From the IMG/VR virus record IMGVR_UViG_3300021476_000028, positions 1 through 24,732 of that record: a DNA stretch of 24,732 bases; one strand, 5' to 3'. The translations under genes were made by a program, and so were the position numbers. The notes under the pieces are model-generated. The model was not told the DNA's origin. It was given only the letters and a program-made list of their open reading frames with translations, and searched no databases. Below are positions 6,571-15,859 of the stretch, one piece after another (position 1 is the first letter of the stretch; each line of letters starts with the position of its first letter). This stretch comes from a virus (Duplodnaviria; Caudoviricetes).

Positions 6571-8639
6571 CAGATCGCTACCCGGAGTTTGATTGTCACG
6601 TTGGACGCAGGCGTGGGATTCGCGCCGATCACCTGATAGCTGGTGTTGATCGTCAGCACGTCGTGGGTGTAGAGGTACTGCTTCGGGACCGCGAAGGCCA
6701 AGGCCACCACGAGAGACGTGGAGCCAGCCGGAATGCTGGGCTTGTTGTTCACGCCGAAGATACTGGTCCCGTTATCGAGGATGTCAACCACAAGATTCTG
6801 GTTCACCGCCGCGCCGCCTGCGACCAACAGGCATTCGAGACAAAGACCGCTCCGGGCCATGATGTAGGGATTCGTGACGTTCACGCCGCTCGAGACAGAG
6901 GAGCCCGGCCCCAACACGAAGGTGATGTCCTCTTCCTGAAGCACCGGCAACGCGTTTTCCGTGCGGGCGATCAGGCGCTCGTACCACTTGAGAGAATTGC
7001 CAATATCCTGCCCGGTCTGCGCAACCACCACGGACGTAAAACTGGTGCCCCGGCCGAGGTCAGTTCCCTTGCTGGTCATCTGAACCGAGGTGATGAGATA
7101 GGAATCCGAGACGGACCCCATCGACGGAAGGTTGACCGTGATCTGCTGACCCACCTGAGCGCCCGGCTGGTCAGTTTCAAACTGCAAATACTTCGGCACA
7201 CCGCCAGACCTGGCGAGCACAGCCGCCGCAATCGCGTTCAGATCCGAGAGTAGGTTGATATTCTTGACCTGCTCGACGGCTTCATAGATTCCGGTGCCGC
7301 ACGTCCCGCCGGCCGCCGAGAGCGGTGTCCCGATTGCGATACCGGCGCTTTGGCTCGACCCCACCGGAGCGCCGCTAGGCGTCGATGGCACGTAGTTGAT
7401 GACCACCACGTCTCCGGCGTTCGGGTCCGGCGAGGTGACCGGGGGATTCGGATAAATCGGCAGATCGTTCTGCGCGTTTGGGGGCGTCAGGTAAGGCGCA
7501 CCGGGGAAGTACCACCAGGCGTGGCGGAAATTATAGAGCAGCGTCCCGGAGTAGGCCGGTTGGCTCACGCCGTTGACCGTCATGCTCGTGATGGTCCCGA
7601 TTGGAAAGTTGGTGATGATCGCGCCGAACAGCAGCCCCGCCGCTTGCGCGGCCGCCTGCGGGAGAGTGTACGTCTCCTGGATCGCCAAACTGGCCGCGCC
7701 CCCAGCCTTCGCCGGGATCACCTGAAGGTTCGACACCGCGTACTGCTTATTCCTGTAATCGAGTGTCGTCGTTCGGATCGAAAGAGCGCGCCACACCGTA
7801 GGAGCCGCCCCGGAGGATTCCAGGATCGAGTAGGGGCACGGCGGAAGCGTCACGATGGGCGTGAAATGCAGATCTCCGAAGGCGTCGACCCACCAGACGC
7901 AGGCGGCGTCTTGAGCTAGATTATCGAGCGCGCGGGACGCCGGAATAAAAAAGCAGGAGATGTCCGTCGAGAGCGGCAGGATCGAAATCGCCAGCGTGTT
8001 GAGGGTCAGCCCTTCACCCGCTAGTTGTACGCTCACTAGGTCGCGCACGGCCGCCGCAGCGTCCTCTCCAGTCTTGTAAACTACGTTCACGATGCGGTGA
8101 TCGAGGATCGAAGATTTATCGAGCGCCGTCACGTGGTAGACGATTCGATCCGTGCTGGTGAGGCGCTCCGCGAGCGCCTCGGAGATACAGCCCATAAATA
8201 GCCGTACGCCGAATTCGATCAGGATGACCGTCTGGCCGATTGCCGGGATCTGCGAATTGTCGTCGGTGTAAACGTCAAACTGCGCTGTCCAGCGCCCGAT
8301 GGTCTGGCTCGTGAGTTGCGGCGCCGTCGCGGAGCCCGCGCCCGGAATCGGATCGGAAGCGCCCAGCCGGAGGATTGCAAACTGAACGCCGCCGATCAAC
8401 AGCACCATGTCGTTGGTCGTGCCACCAACGATGGTCGGATAGCCCGTCGCGAAACTTGACGGGACTCCAGTCGGGAAAATTCGATTCTGCGGGCCTTTGA
8501 TGGTCGGCGTACCCGCGGCAAAGCTCGATGGAACGCCGGCAGGAAAGATGACCTGTCCAAGCGGCAGCGCAGATAAAGCGCTCTTGGACTTTCGGCGGCC
8601 GGGCGTGTAACCCGGAACAGGTATCCGGGTCTGATTCAT
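6570..8639 (-). CDS. Tail tip hub/Tal-like protein, 689 aa
   Basis: LFMGCI...YHVTALD, WWVDAFGDLHF and GQQITVNL...YLITSV hub-type motifs; C-terminal VDILDNGTSIF beta domain. Confidence 0.7.
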   Translation of the reverse strand: MNQTRIPVPGYTPGRRKSKSALSALPLGQVIFPAGVPSSFAAGTPTIKGPQNRIFPTGVPSSFATGYPTIVGGTTNDMVLLIGGVQFAILRLGASDPIPGAGSATAPQLTSQTIGRWTAQFDVYTDDNSQIPAIGQTVILIEFGVRLFMGCISEALAERLTSTDRIVYHVTALDKSSILDHRIVNVVYKTGEDAAAAVRDLVSVQLAGEGLTLNTLAISILPLSTDISCFFIPASRALDNLAQDAACVWWVDAFGDLHFTPIVTLPPCPYSILESSGAAPTVWRALSIRTTTLDYRNKQYAVSNLQVIPAKAGGAASLAIQETYTLPQAAAQAAGLLFGAIITNFPIGTITSMTVNGVSQPAYSGTLLYNFRHAWWYFPGAPYLTPPNAQNDLPIYPNPPVTSPDPNAGDVVVINYVPSTPSGAPVGSSQSAGIAIGTPLSAAGGTCGTGIYEAVEQVKNINLLSDLNAIAAAVLARSGGVPKYLQFETDQPGAQVGQQITVNLPSMGSVSDSYLITSVQMTSKGTDLGRGTSFTSVVVAQTGQDIGNSLKWYERLIARTENALPVLQEEDITFVLGPGSSVSSGVNVTNPYIMARSGLCLECLLVAGGAAVNQNLVVDILDNGTSIFGVNNKPSIPAGSTSLVVALAFAVPKQYLYTHDVLTINTSYQVIGANPTPASNVTIKLRVAI

Positions 8640-9110
8640 TTATCCGCCGGACTCCTCGACCAGCACGGTGCCGCTCATGTGAACAGTCCCGGCAACTGTG
8701 GAGTTAAGCTCGAAGGTAAAACTTTCGCTCGGTCCAATCACCGGCGGTTTCTGGAAGGCGTAATCGTAACCGCCGTAAATCTGGAAGCCGTTCTCTTCAA
8801 GAGTCGAGGCGGTTCCGTTCGTGGTGGCCTGAGTCGTGCTGTTGGCCTTCGCGGTGAAGCTCGACGCCGGGTCGCCTGGATCAAGCGGTTGCGGCGTTGG
8901 CGACGAGCCGCCGGAGCCGTCCGTCACGGTCGCCGGAAGGAAGCGGCACCGAACGCGGCACATCTGCGAAGTCGGAATCGAAGTATCGACAGCCGACAAA
9001 GCCACGCGCAAAATGCGAAGGATTTTTCCTGTAGCGCCCTTGATTTGAAATAAATCTTGAGCCGCCGAGACCGCTACATTCTCAAACGTTACAGCATATT
9101 CGCGTGGCAT
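8640..9110 (-). CDS. Putative minor tail/virion protein, 156 aa
   Basis: Beta-rich, tightly packed within the tail module. Confidence 0.65.
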   Translation of the reverse strand: MPREYAVTFENVAVSAAQDLFQIKGATGKILRILRVALSAVDTSIPTSQMCRVRCRFLPATVTDGSGGSSPTPQPLDPGDPASSFTAKANSTTQATTNGTASTLEENGFQIYGGYDYAFQKPPVIGPSESFTFELNSTVAGTVHMSGTVLVEESGG

Positions 9111-9111
9111 T

Positions 9112-10569
9112 TTATTCTAATGTTCCCTCCTGTTGGACGTAGATGGTGCGTCTCTGATTCACAAAAACGTTGGTGGTGTTGATGACGCTGCCGGCGCTCT
9201 GGAGCGGTCCCACATCGAGTGTCCCAGACCCGCCGTAGGCCAAACTACCCGGAAACCCGGCCTGGACGCAAGCGCCGCCCGCGCCCGGCGTCGTGTTGAG
9301 CGAGAAGTCGCCGCTCCCCGGATTATTGAAAGGCGAGCCGGTCAGCCCGATATCGCCGATGGCCTCGGCGTTCGGCCCGGCTGCCCACTGGTGGCTCCCG
9401 CTGGTGTTGTTGTTGTAGGCGCAATTGAGCGTTCTGATGAACCGCGGCGTCGGGATCAGATTGATGTTGATGCCCCAACCGCCGTTGGAATCGAAGATCG
9501 TATTCTGCACGGCCAGCATGTTGATGCCAGCGTTGTTCACTGAGCAGGTGAAGCCGTCGGCGGTGTTGCTCGCAAAGGCGCTGTTTGAAATCTCTCCATA
9601 GACGTTGCCGCCACTGGCTGCAATCGTGATGCCGGAACCACCGTTCTTGTAGAAAATCGAACGCTCGACGACCAGCGTCAGCACGTTCGATTGCATGTGG
9701 ACGCCGTCGCTGGTCGAATCGTGGATGATACTGTCGACCAAATGCAGGAGCGCGCTTCCGCTGCCCGCGAACTCGATCCCGATGTTGGTCGACGACGCGA
9801 TTTCGCAGTTCTCGAAATACAGTGGGTCCCACGTGATCGAGGTTCCAGAGTGAACCGCATCCTTGCAGCCGGAGAATTTGCAGTTGTAGAAAAAGTACGA
9901 CGGCGAGTACCCAGAATTGGTCTGGTCGAATCCATGGCCACGGGTCGCGGCCGTGTGGCTGAATATCAGATTCTTAAAGTACCAGGTCGCATTGGTCGGG
10001 TAGGTCATGAGCGTCACGCTGTTCGTGGCGCTGGTGATGACCGGGCGGTTCGATCCCGCCGGACCGTCGCCGCGGGCGGTCTGGTAGCCTTCGACCCCGT
10101 AGTTTCCTGAAGTGTTGGGAATGGAGATGGTCGTGGTCCGTGAGTAGGTCGCGAGTTGAATCCAGGTTTTGTTTCCGTCCACCATCGAGGTGATCGCCTT
10201 GTTAGGTGTGGCGAGTGCGCCACCTTCCGCCCAAGTTCCATTACTCAGGGCGGCCGAGGTTCCAACCGCGCGGTCGAGCGTCGCGGCGTTGGCGGCGACA
10301 GAGACGATCTCATAGAAGCCCGTGCTCCAGTTTGTCCCGGCAGTCACCTGGATGAAGTTGCCAACGTCGGTCGCAACAAAGTTATGGCTCGCGCTGGTGA
10401 CCACGCTCGGATTGGTGGTGCCGTTCGCGGACGCAAGGTCGGTTCCGCTGAATTGCGCCGCCGCCTGCTGGCTGTAGTCGGTCCCGGACGCCGCAGAGTC
10501 GAAGCCGCCGCCGTTGGTGTCCGCGCCGGTCGAGCGAACTTCCCAAACACCTGTCGATGGAAGCCCCAT
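9112..10569 (-). CDS. Right-handed beta-helix (pectate lyase-like) tailspike/depolymerase, 485 aa
   Basis: Repeated NC.F/I...GI rungs (NCKFSG, NCEIAS, SIFYKNGGSGI, NTIFDSNGGWGI) and P.F.NP..GDFSL...DVGPLQ cap; start ATG 10569. Confidence 0.8.
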   Translation of the reverse strand: MGLPSTGVWEVRSTGADTNGGGFDSAASGTDYSQQAAAQFSGTDLASANGTTNPSVVTSASHNFVATDVGNFIQVTAGTNWSTGFYEIVSVAANAATLDRAVGTSAALSNGTWAEGGALATPNKAITSMVDGNKTWIQLATYSRTTTISIPNTSGNYGVEGYQTARGDGPAGSNRPVITSATNSVTLMTYPTNATWYFKNLIFSHTAATRGHGFDQTNSGYSPSYFFYNCKFSGCKDAVHSGTSITWDPLYFENCEIASSTNIGIEFAGSGSALLHLVDSIIHDSTSDGVHMQSNVLTLVVERSIFYKNGGSGITIAASGGNVYGEISNSAFASNTADGFTCSVNNAGINMLAVQNTIFDSNGGWGININLIPTPRFIRTLNCAYNNNTSGSHQWAAGPNAEAIGDIGLTGSPFNNPGSGDFSLNTTPGAGGACVQAGFPGSLAYGGSGTLDVGPLQSAGSVINTTNVFVNQRRTIYVQQEGTLE

Positions 10570-10570
10570 A

Positions 10571-11107
10571 TCAGAGGATGATCTTGGGAGCTGGCACCCA
10601 CAATCCGCTGGGAGTCTGAACCGCGGAAGGGAAGAACAGACCGCGGAGCCAGTCACGCAACCATTGGACCAGCCCCGCGTCCTGTTCTGCCAGCCCCTCA
10701 AACAGTGTAAAGATTTTGTTGGTGCCTGTGTCCCACTGAATCGCGATATCGCCGCCGTTGGTCGTGACCGGAAGATTAGTCGCGGTGTCCATGTAGAGGA
10801 TCAGGGGAGACGTGGTGCTGACGCCGGTGTCTTTGTAGATCACGACGTAGCTGACGGTCGAGCCACCGGGCACCGCGGAGCAGGTCACGCCCGCGGCGTT
10901 CGCGATGCCGTTGGTCGACGTGACGGAGGTAAAGTTGCCGCTGGTCGCGATGATCGCGCCGCCCGGAATGATCGAGAGGAACTGGTCGGTCGAAAGGTTG
11001 ACCCCGTAGGCGCTCGACACCAAGACGAGCTTGATGTTGTCCGTCAGCCAAGCGATCTTGCCTTCAAGGAACGCCTGCCGGCCGAGTTGGTAAATCGAGT
11101 TGGCCAT
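10571..11107 (-). CDS. Minor tail protein (MAN..Y..GR.AFL family), 178 aa
   Basis: IKLVLV, VVIYKDTG...TSPLI.Y.DTAT.LPVT.NGGDI.IQWD.G.NKIF.L, recognised from actinophage-type minor tail proteins. Confidence 0.75.
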   Translation of the reverse strand: MANSIYQLGRQAFLEGKIAWLTDNIKLVLVSSAYGVNLSTDQFLSIIPGGAIIATSGNFTSVTSTNGIANAAGVTCSAVPGGSTVSYVVIYKDTGVSTTSPLILYMDTATNLPVTTNGGDIAIQWDTGTNKIFTLFEGLAEQDAGLVQWLRDWLRGLFFPSAVQTPSGLWVPAPKIIL

Positions 11108-11108
11108 C

Positions 11109-11282
11109 TCAGTTCCCTCGAATGGTCTGCGTCAGGGCTGGATCGCCCGGTACGCGGGCCGCGGCTTCACGCTTCACGATTTCGTCTTTGATAATCCGCA
11201 TCGCTTCCCGGATGGCATGAACCCGCGCGTCCAGGTCGCGGTGCCACCTGAGCAGTTCTTCGAGAGTCGCTCCTTCGTACAT
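11109..11282 (-). CDS. Small coiled-coil protein, 57 aa
   Basis: Start ATG 11282 avoids overlap with the tape measure gene; MYEGATLEELLRWHRDLDARVHAIREAMRIIKDEI. Confidence 0.7.
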   Translation of the reverse strand: MYEGATLEELLRWHRDLDARVHAIREAMRIIKDEIVKREAAARVPGDPALTQTIRGN

Positions 11283-11290
11283 TTCGCTCG

Positions 11291-11299
11291 ATGATATCA
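11291..11299 (-). promoter_or_regulatory. Extended -10 element overlapping the tape measure stop codon
   Basis: TGa-TATCAT-N8-ATG(11282). Confidence 0.5.
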
Positions 11300-14200
11300 G
11301 ATCTTGAGCCCGACGTTGTTGCGAAGCTGCTGGACGAAGGATGTAGCGCTTTGGGCGTTGACCGTCTGGATGTTGATGATAATCGGCTGGCCACCCATCG
11401 CGCCTGAAAAACTGGTCGGAGCGGACATCGAGGGATTCCAAAGCGCGCTCCCTGGCTGGTTGCCCTGAAATAGCGGTCCGCCCGTCGGACCAGAGCCGCC
11501 AGGCGTGATAGGAGTGAATAAGTTTCCAGGGTTGACACCCGTGGTGACGCCGAGTTGCCCGGTCATCGCGGCGCCGCCGGGCGTGACAGTGATGAGTTGA
11601 GCGACAACGGCTGCCATCTGGCCTACCGCTCCAGTAAACGCCGCCGCCGCAGGGGTGACGGTTTGGAGCGCCGTCGAGGCGTTCTGTGCAACCGTCGCCA
11701 GAGTTGCCAACGGGGGCGCCGTGGCGCTCACGTTAGAGGCGAGGGACTGAACGGTTGTCGTCGTGGCGGAAGTGGCTGTACTGAGCGCGATCATCACGGG
11801 CGCGGTTGATTGGACCGCAGAAGTGACCGAAGAAATAGCGGTCGCGGCATGCGTCAGAGAATTGCCGAAATCCGTGACCAAATCCGACAGGCTCTTGCCG
11901 GTACGCCCCGCCTCTTGCTCGAGGTTGTTGAGCTCTTTTTGCGCGCCCTGAGCCGACAGGCCGAACCCTTCGAGTTGTGTGAGCAAAGATTCAGCGGCTT
12001 TCGAGTTGGCGTCGATTTGCGCATTCTGGGCTTTCCAGGCAGCCGCGGTTTCGTAGGCCGCCTGGCCGACGACGACGAGTCCGGACGCCATCGCAATCGC
12101 GTCGAGCGTGCTCGTGAGCATCGCGCCATTGAGCGACGCTAGGCCAGAAGCGAACATCTGAGCGTAAATTTCAAATGAACTCATGCCGCCGCCACCGCCG
12201 CCACCCCCGCCTCCTCGGCCAGATTTTGATGAGACGTTGCCTAACGAATCCGCGAACATATTGTTGGCGTCTGCGGCCTCCCTGGCCGCATCGGCGTCTG
12301 CCTGAGTATCCGTTTTGGCCTGCGACAAACCGACCAAGAGCGCCCCACTTGGTGCGACGGTCACACCTAGGTCGTTCAGGGCGCTTGTCAGATCGTTGGT
12401 GGCGCCGCTTGAGTACTGAGTTTGATTGGTGACGCCCTTAATGGCGTCTCCCATCCCGCTAAAGCTCTTGGTAGCGTCATCGGTTGATGTCGTCACGTCA
12501 ACTGTCGAAGTGTCTAGTTTTCCGGCCTCTCCAGCGACAGCATCAATGGCCTTTGCAACCTTATCTAGGCCGTCCGTGATGGTGACGACGACAGTGGTGA
12601 TCGTGTCACCCGCTGTCTTAAAGTCTTTGGATGTACCGGTGGCCTTGGTCCCAAGGGCATCGGTTCCAGCGCCATAGTTCAGGATTGTCACTCCGGCTGC
12701 CTGCGCCGAGACCGTGAAATCTGTAATCCCTTTGGTCAAAAGCTGCTGAGTTCCGTTGACCTTCACCATTGCCGTGGCGCCATCGTTGAGGCACTGAACG
12801 AACTCCGTATCATCACCGCTGGCGGCCTTGATCTTCGCGGACAACTCGTCCCAACTGATCTCGCCTTTCGCCGCCGCGTTCACCAAGTCGGCAAGCCCAT
12901 CGACAACGGTTTTATTTTTATCGAGCCCTACCTGGGCGGCATCGTTGTACGCTTTCTGAGCGGCCTCCAGATTCGTGATGGCCGTACCGTACTCAACGAT
13001 TGTTGCTTTACCAGCAGCGTAATCGGCCGACACCTGGTCGAACGTCTTCTGAGCGGTATCTAGGTTCTGTGTAAGCGTTGCACTGGCTGCCGTAACAGCA
13101 TCCATCGAGTCCTTAAGCGCCTTGTGCGCTGCGGTGTGCCTCCCTGCGGCGGCGGCTGCTGAATCGTGCGCAATCCCTTGAGCTTGTACGGCGTCCGCCA
13201 CGGCCTTAGATGGCGCGATCATTTGGTTCTCGCTACTGGTTACTGCGAGAATTGCAGCGTCGAAACTGGCCGCTTTGCCTGTGACATACTCCATCGTGGC
13301 AGCGGCCAAGGTGAGAATGTCTTTTAGTTGTCCAAGCCCTGTGATATATCCTACGAATTTTTGAGCAAGCGACGAGAAAAAGTCTCCTATATTGCTGCCA
13401 GTAATCCGCTCGAACACATCGGCGATCTCAGAGAACATCGGCGAGAGAGGAGCGAGCGCGGACTTTACGTCTCCGAATGCGCTACTGAGCGCGCGAATCG
13501 CGCTGGATACGTCCTCTATGTTTGCGGTGACAGCAGAAGCGACGAAGCCCGCAATAGCCTCCGTGACGGGCTGAATCGCTTTCAGGATGTCCCCTAATCC
13601 CGTCTCAAGGTTGCTCAAAAAAGGAACGAAGGCCATACCAGCGGCCTCTAAGTCGAACTCAAATTGTGTCTCGAAATTAGTCCACTGCTCACCGATATTC
13701 TGCGCAAATTGTTGAGACGCTCCGGAAAACTTCGATAAGGCTGCCTCCAAGACTGCGATTCTGTCAGACTGGTCGAGAGCTTTGAAAGCTTTTGTAACCT
13801 CGGTGGTCGTGACGCCCATCGCGTCGGCCAAATCGTTCGCGGAGATTCCAAGGCTAACAAGTTGACGGGCCCCAGCCATCCCAGACAAAACCATGCGGTC
13901 AATCGAGTTAGCGGCTCCCTCAAATGAAGTGCCCATTACGTGCGAAGAGTCAGCGGCCAACTGCATCAGTGGAATCGCTGTATCGAAGCTTCCGAGTTGG
14001 GCTGTCATCTTCTGAGCGGTCGCGGCTACTTCCGAAAACGGCTCGGAAAGACCAAGCGCCATCTGTTTTAGGGTGTCCACGTCCTCCGCGGCTTTTGCGG
14101 CGCTTCCTGTCATGTAAGTCAAAGAGGTCGTGAGATCCTGAACAGCGGCAACGCTCTTAATGGCTTCCGATGCTAGCTCCGCAAAGCCCAGACCAATGCC

Positions 14201-14713
14201 AGCGATTTCCGCAATTTTAAGTAACTCCTCTCCGAGACCAGCGAATCCGCTTTCCGCTTCATCGGCTGCGCTTCCAGCGGCGCTCGCCGCCTCGCCAGCG
14301 GCCGTAGATCCAGCGGCCGCGTCGCCACCAGATGTCGCAACCGAGTCAAGCGCGCTGGCCGCATCGTGGGACGCGGTTGCCGCTTGATCCATTGCGCTCG
14401 ACATGTCTGTCGTACTGGCGGCCACCTCCGAAGCGGCCGAAGTTGCATCAGCAGCGCATCCGGTTAGGCTATCGATCTGTGCGCCTGTATCCTTCGCAGC
14501 GCCAGTCACGGTTTCAAGTGAAGAGGCTGTCTGGTCGAGTTGCGCCGACAAATCGGCCAAGCCGCCAGTGCCTTCAGTGGACAGTGCCTGTGCGATTGAG
14601 TCGCCCGCCTGTTGCGCCGCGTTTTGCGCCTGCTGTAACGCCGATAGCAGTTCGCTTAGATCACCAGTGACAGAGATCGAAAGGTTTCCGGCTGAAGATC
14701 CTGAAGGGGTCAT
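11297..14713 (-). CDS. Tail tape measure protein, 1138 aa
   Basis: Longest ORF, Ala/Thr/Ser-rich; N-terminal AGNLSISVTGD; tape-measure domain SLTYMTGSAAKA....LKQMA; C-terminal IIINIQ; follows the chaperones. Confidence 0.95.
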   Translation of the reverse strand: MTPSGSSAGNLSISVTGDLSELLSALQQAQNAAQQAGDSIAQALSTEGTGGLADLSAQLDQTASSLETVTGAAKDTGAQIDSLTGCAADATSAASEVAASTTDMSSAMDQAATASHDAASALDSVATSGGDAAAGSTAAGEAASAAGSAADEAESGFAGLGEELLKIAEIAGIGLGFAELASEAIKSVAAVQDLTTSLTYMTGSAAKAAEDVDTLKQMALGLSEPFSEVAATAQKMTAQLGSFDTAIPLMQLAADSSHVMGTSFEGAANSIDRMVLSGMAGARQLVSLGISANDLADAMGVTTTEVTKAFKALDQSDRIAVLEAALSKFSGASQQFAQNIGEQWTNFETQFEFDLEAAGMAFVPFLSNLETGLGDILKAIQPVTEAIAGFVASAVTANIEDVSSAIRALSSAFGDVKSALAPLSPMFSEIADVFERITGSNIGDFFSSLAQKFVGYITGLGQLKDILTLAAATMEYVTGKAASFDAAILAVTSSENQMIAPSKAVADAVQAQGIAHDSAAAAAGRHTAAHKALKDSMDAVTAASATLTQNLDTAQKTFDQVSADYAAGKATIVEYGTAITNLEAAQKAYNDAAQVGLDKNKTVVDGLADLVNAAAKGEISWDELSAKIKAASGDDTEFVQCLNDGATAMVKVNGTQQLLTKGITDFTVSAQAAGVTILNYGAGTDALGTKATGTSKDFKTAGDTITTVVVTITDGLDKVAKAIDAVAGEAGKLDTSTVDVTTSTDDATKSFSGMGDAIKGVTNQTQYSSGATNDLTSALNDLGVTVAPSGALLVGLSQAKTDTQADADAAREAADANNMFADSLGNVSSKSGRGGGGGGGGGGMSSFEIYAQMFASGLASLNGAMLTSTLDAIAMASGLVVVGQAAYETAAAWKAQNAQIDANSKAAESLLTQLEGFGLSAQGAQKELNNLEQEAGRTGKSLSDLVTDFGNSLTHAATAISSVTSAVQSTAPVMIALSTATSATTTTVQSLASNVSATAPPLATLATVAQNASTALQTVTPAAAAFTGAVGQMAAVVAQLITVTPGGAAMTGQLGVTTGVNPGNLFTPITPGGSGPTGGPLFQGNQPGSALWNPSMSAPTSFSGAMGGQPIIINIQTVNAQSATSFVQQLRNNVGLKI

Positions 14714-14919
14714 TGTTCGCGCTCCATTTCGTTTTCGAATACGTGGACGCGCTCGCCGCCGTCCACATCGACGAACCAGTCGCCAACCGGCTGCGAGAAC
14801 TCATCGAGTAGCCCGCACCGCACCACCGTCACGCCGTTCTTTAATTCCCCGTCTTTGGTCAGCACGCGGACACGCTGGCCTGGAACGAACCGAGTCGGCC
14901 GTTTGGTGAATGGCATCAT
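14710..14919 (-). CDS. Small SH3/KOW-like beta-barrel protein, 69 aa
   Basis: FVPGQRVRV...G.TVV...WFVDVDGGERVHVFENEME; ATGA overlaps at both ends. Confidence 0.7.
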   Translation of the reverse strand: MMPFTKRPTRFVPGQRVRVLTKDGELKNGVTVVRCGLLDEFSQPVGDWFVDVDGGERVHVFENEMEREQ

Positions 14920-15766
14920 TTCCGTTGAGTCTCCAGTTTCATTTTCGCCAGCCACGCTTCCACGCCCGACGATTCAAGCCCAACGGTATCGCCGCTCAAT
15001 TGTTTCCCGTTGGCCTCCGTCCGACTGTTAAGTGATTGTACGATACTTCGCGCCCGGTCTTTGAGTGCAGCGCTTTCGCGTATCCGGCGGTTCCACTCCT
15101 GGACCGTCGAGAGCGGCTTTTTAGCGCCCGTGAAATCTTCAACAGTGAAGGCTTCCGGGTGGTGATCGCGGGAGCGAAAGTTGGCATTGGCGAAGTCGCG
15201 GCGCTCGATAGCCCACAGCTTGACCTGGAGATCGTTCCACTCCTGGCGCCGCTCGTTGCGCGCCTCGATCTCCCGCGCGGTTGACTCCCAGAACTCGGCC
15301 GCCGTCATCCCTAAGCCGTACGGAGCCGGGGAAACACACAGCGACCACAGGTTGAGCCAGTACCGCTCGTCGCGGGTTACTGTAGGTCCGGCTTGTCTGG
15401 CGTCACCGGCATCTCCGTCGCGCTCACGGCCGCCGGTTGGCTGGAGGGGCGCACTTTTCCCATGGCCTCGATCACGGTCCGCGCGGCCTCGCTGATCGGC
15501 ACGGCGTCCGCCAGATCCTCTGGATTGAGCCGCACACCAACGATGCAGGCCGAGAGTAGGTCGTAGACCATGCTCATTTTGAGTGTGGTCGGAGGTTCGC
15601 CGCGCCGCATTGCATCGGCCGCTAGCCTGAGGTTCTCCCCGAAGGCGTTTAGATCGGTTCCGGCTTTGTCGAGCCGGTAGAGCGCCGCGTTCGAGAATTT
15701 GACGGTGTAGGTCGATGTCCCGACCTTGATGGTCGGATAGTCGACGGGAGATTGGGTTTGATCCAT
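14916..15766 (-). CDS. Tail assembly chaperone, frameshifted long form (gpGT-like)
   Basis: The -1 frame stays open to 14916 and carries LGMTAAEFWESTAREI, a gpT-like motif. Confidence 0.85.
15377..15766 (-). CDS. Tail assembly chaperone (gpG-like), 129 aa
   Basis: PTIKVG..TYTVKFSNAALYRL motif; lies between the tail tube and tape measure genes. Confidence 0.85.
   Translation of the reverse strand: MDQTQSPVDYPTIKVGTSTYTVKFSNAALYRLDKAGTDLNAFGENLRLAADAMRRGEPPTTLKMSMVYDLLSACIVGVRLNPEDLADAVPISEAARTVIEAMGKVRPSSQPAAVSATEMPVTPDKPDLQ
15455..15461 (-). other. -1 programmed ribosomal frameshift slippery site G GGA AAA
   Basis: X XXY YYZ heptamer in frame with gpG (ATG GGA AAA); a -1 slip enters the gpT-like frame. 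Confidence 0.85.
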
Positions 15767-15773
15767 ACCGGGC

Positions 15774-15782
15774 ATGGTAACA
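15774..15782 (-). promoter_or_regulatory. Extended -10 promoter for a leaderless chaperone transcript
   Basis: TGt-TACCAT-gcccggt-ATG(15766); TTGACC lies 15 bp upstream of the -10. Confidence 0.55.
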
Positions 15783-15844
15783 AAAAAACGGGGCGGTCAA
15801 GCGAGCGGTGATGGCCGAGAGTCGTTCGCCAAAGCCGCCCCGTT
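15782..15844 (-). terminator. Intrinsic terminator-like long hairpin after the tail tube gene
   Basis: AACGGGGCGG/CCGCCCCGTT 10-bp stem (15835-15844, 15787-15796), inner GGCGAACG/CGCTCGCT stem, U7 tract. Confidence 0.7.
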
Positions 15845-15859
15845 GCGATCAGGCAGAAG

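Noticed and set aside
15462-15800. N-terminal half of the 294-aa ORF 14916..15800
   Set aside because: It overlaps gpG out of frame; only the part after the slippery site is credible.
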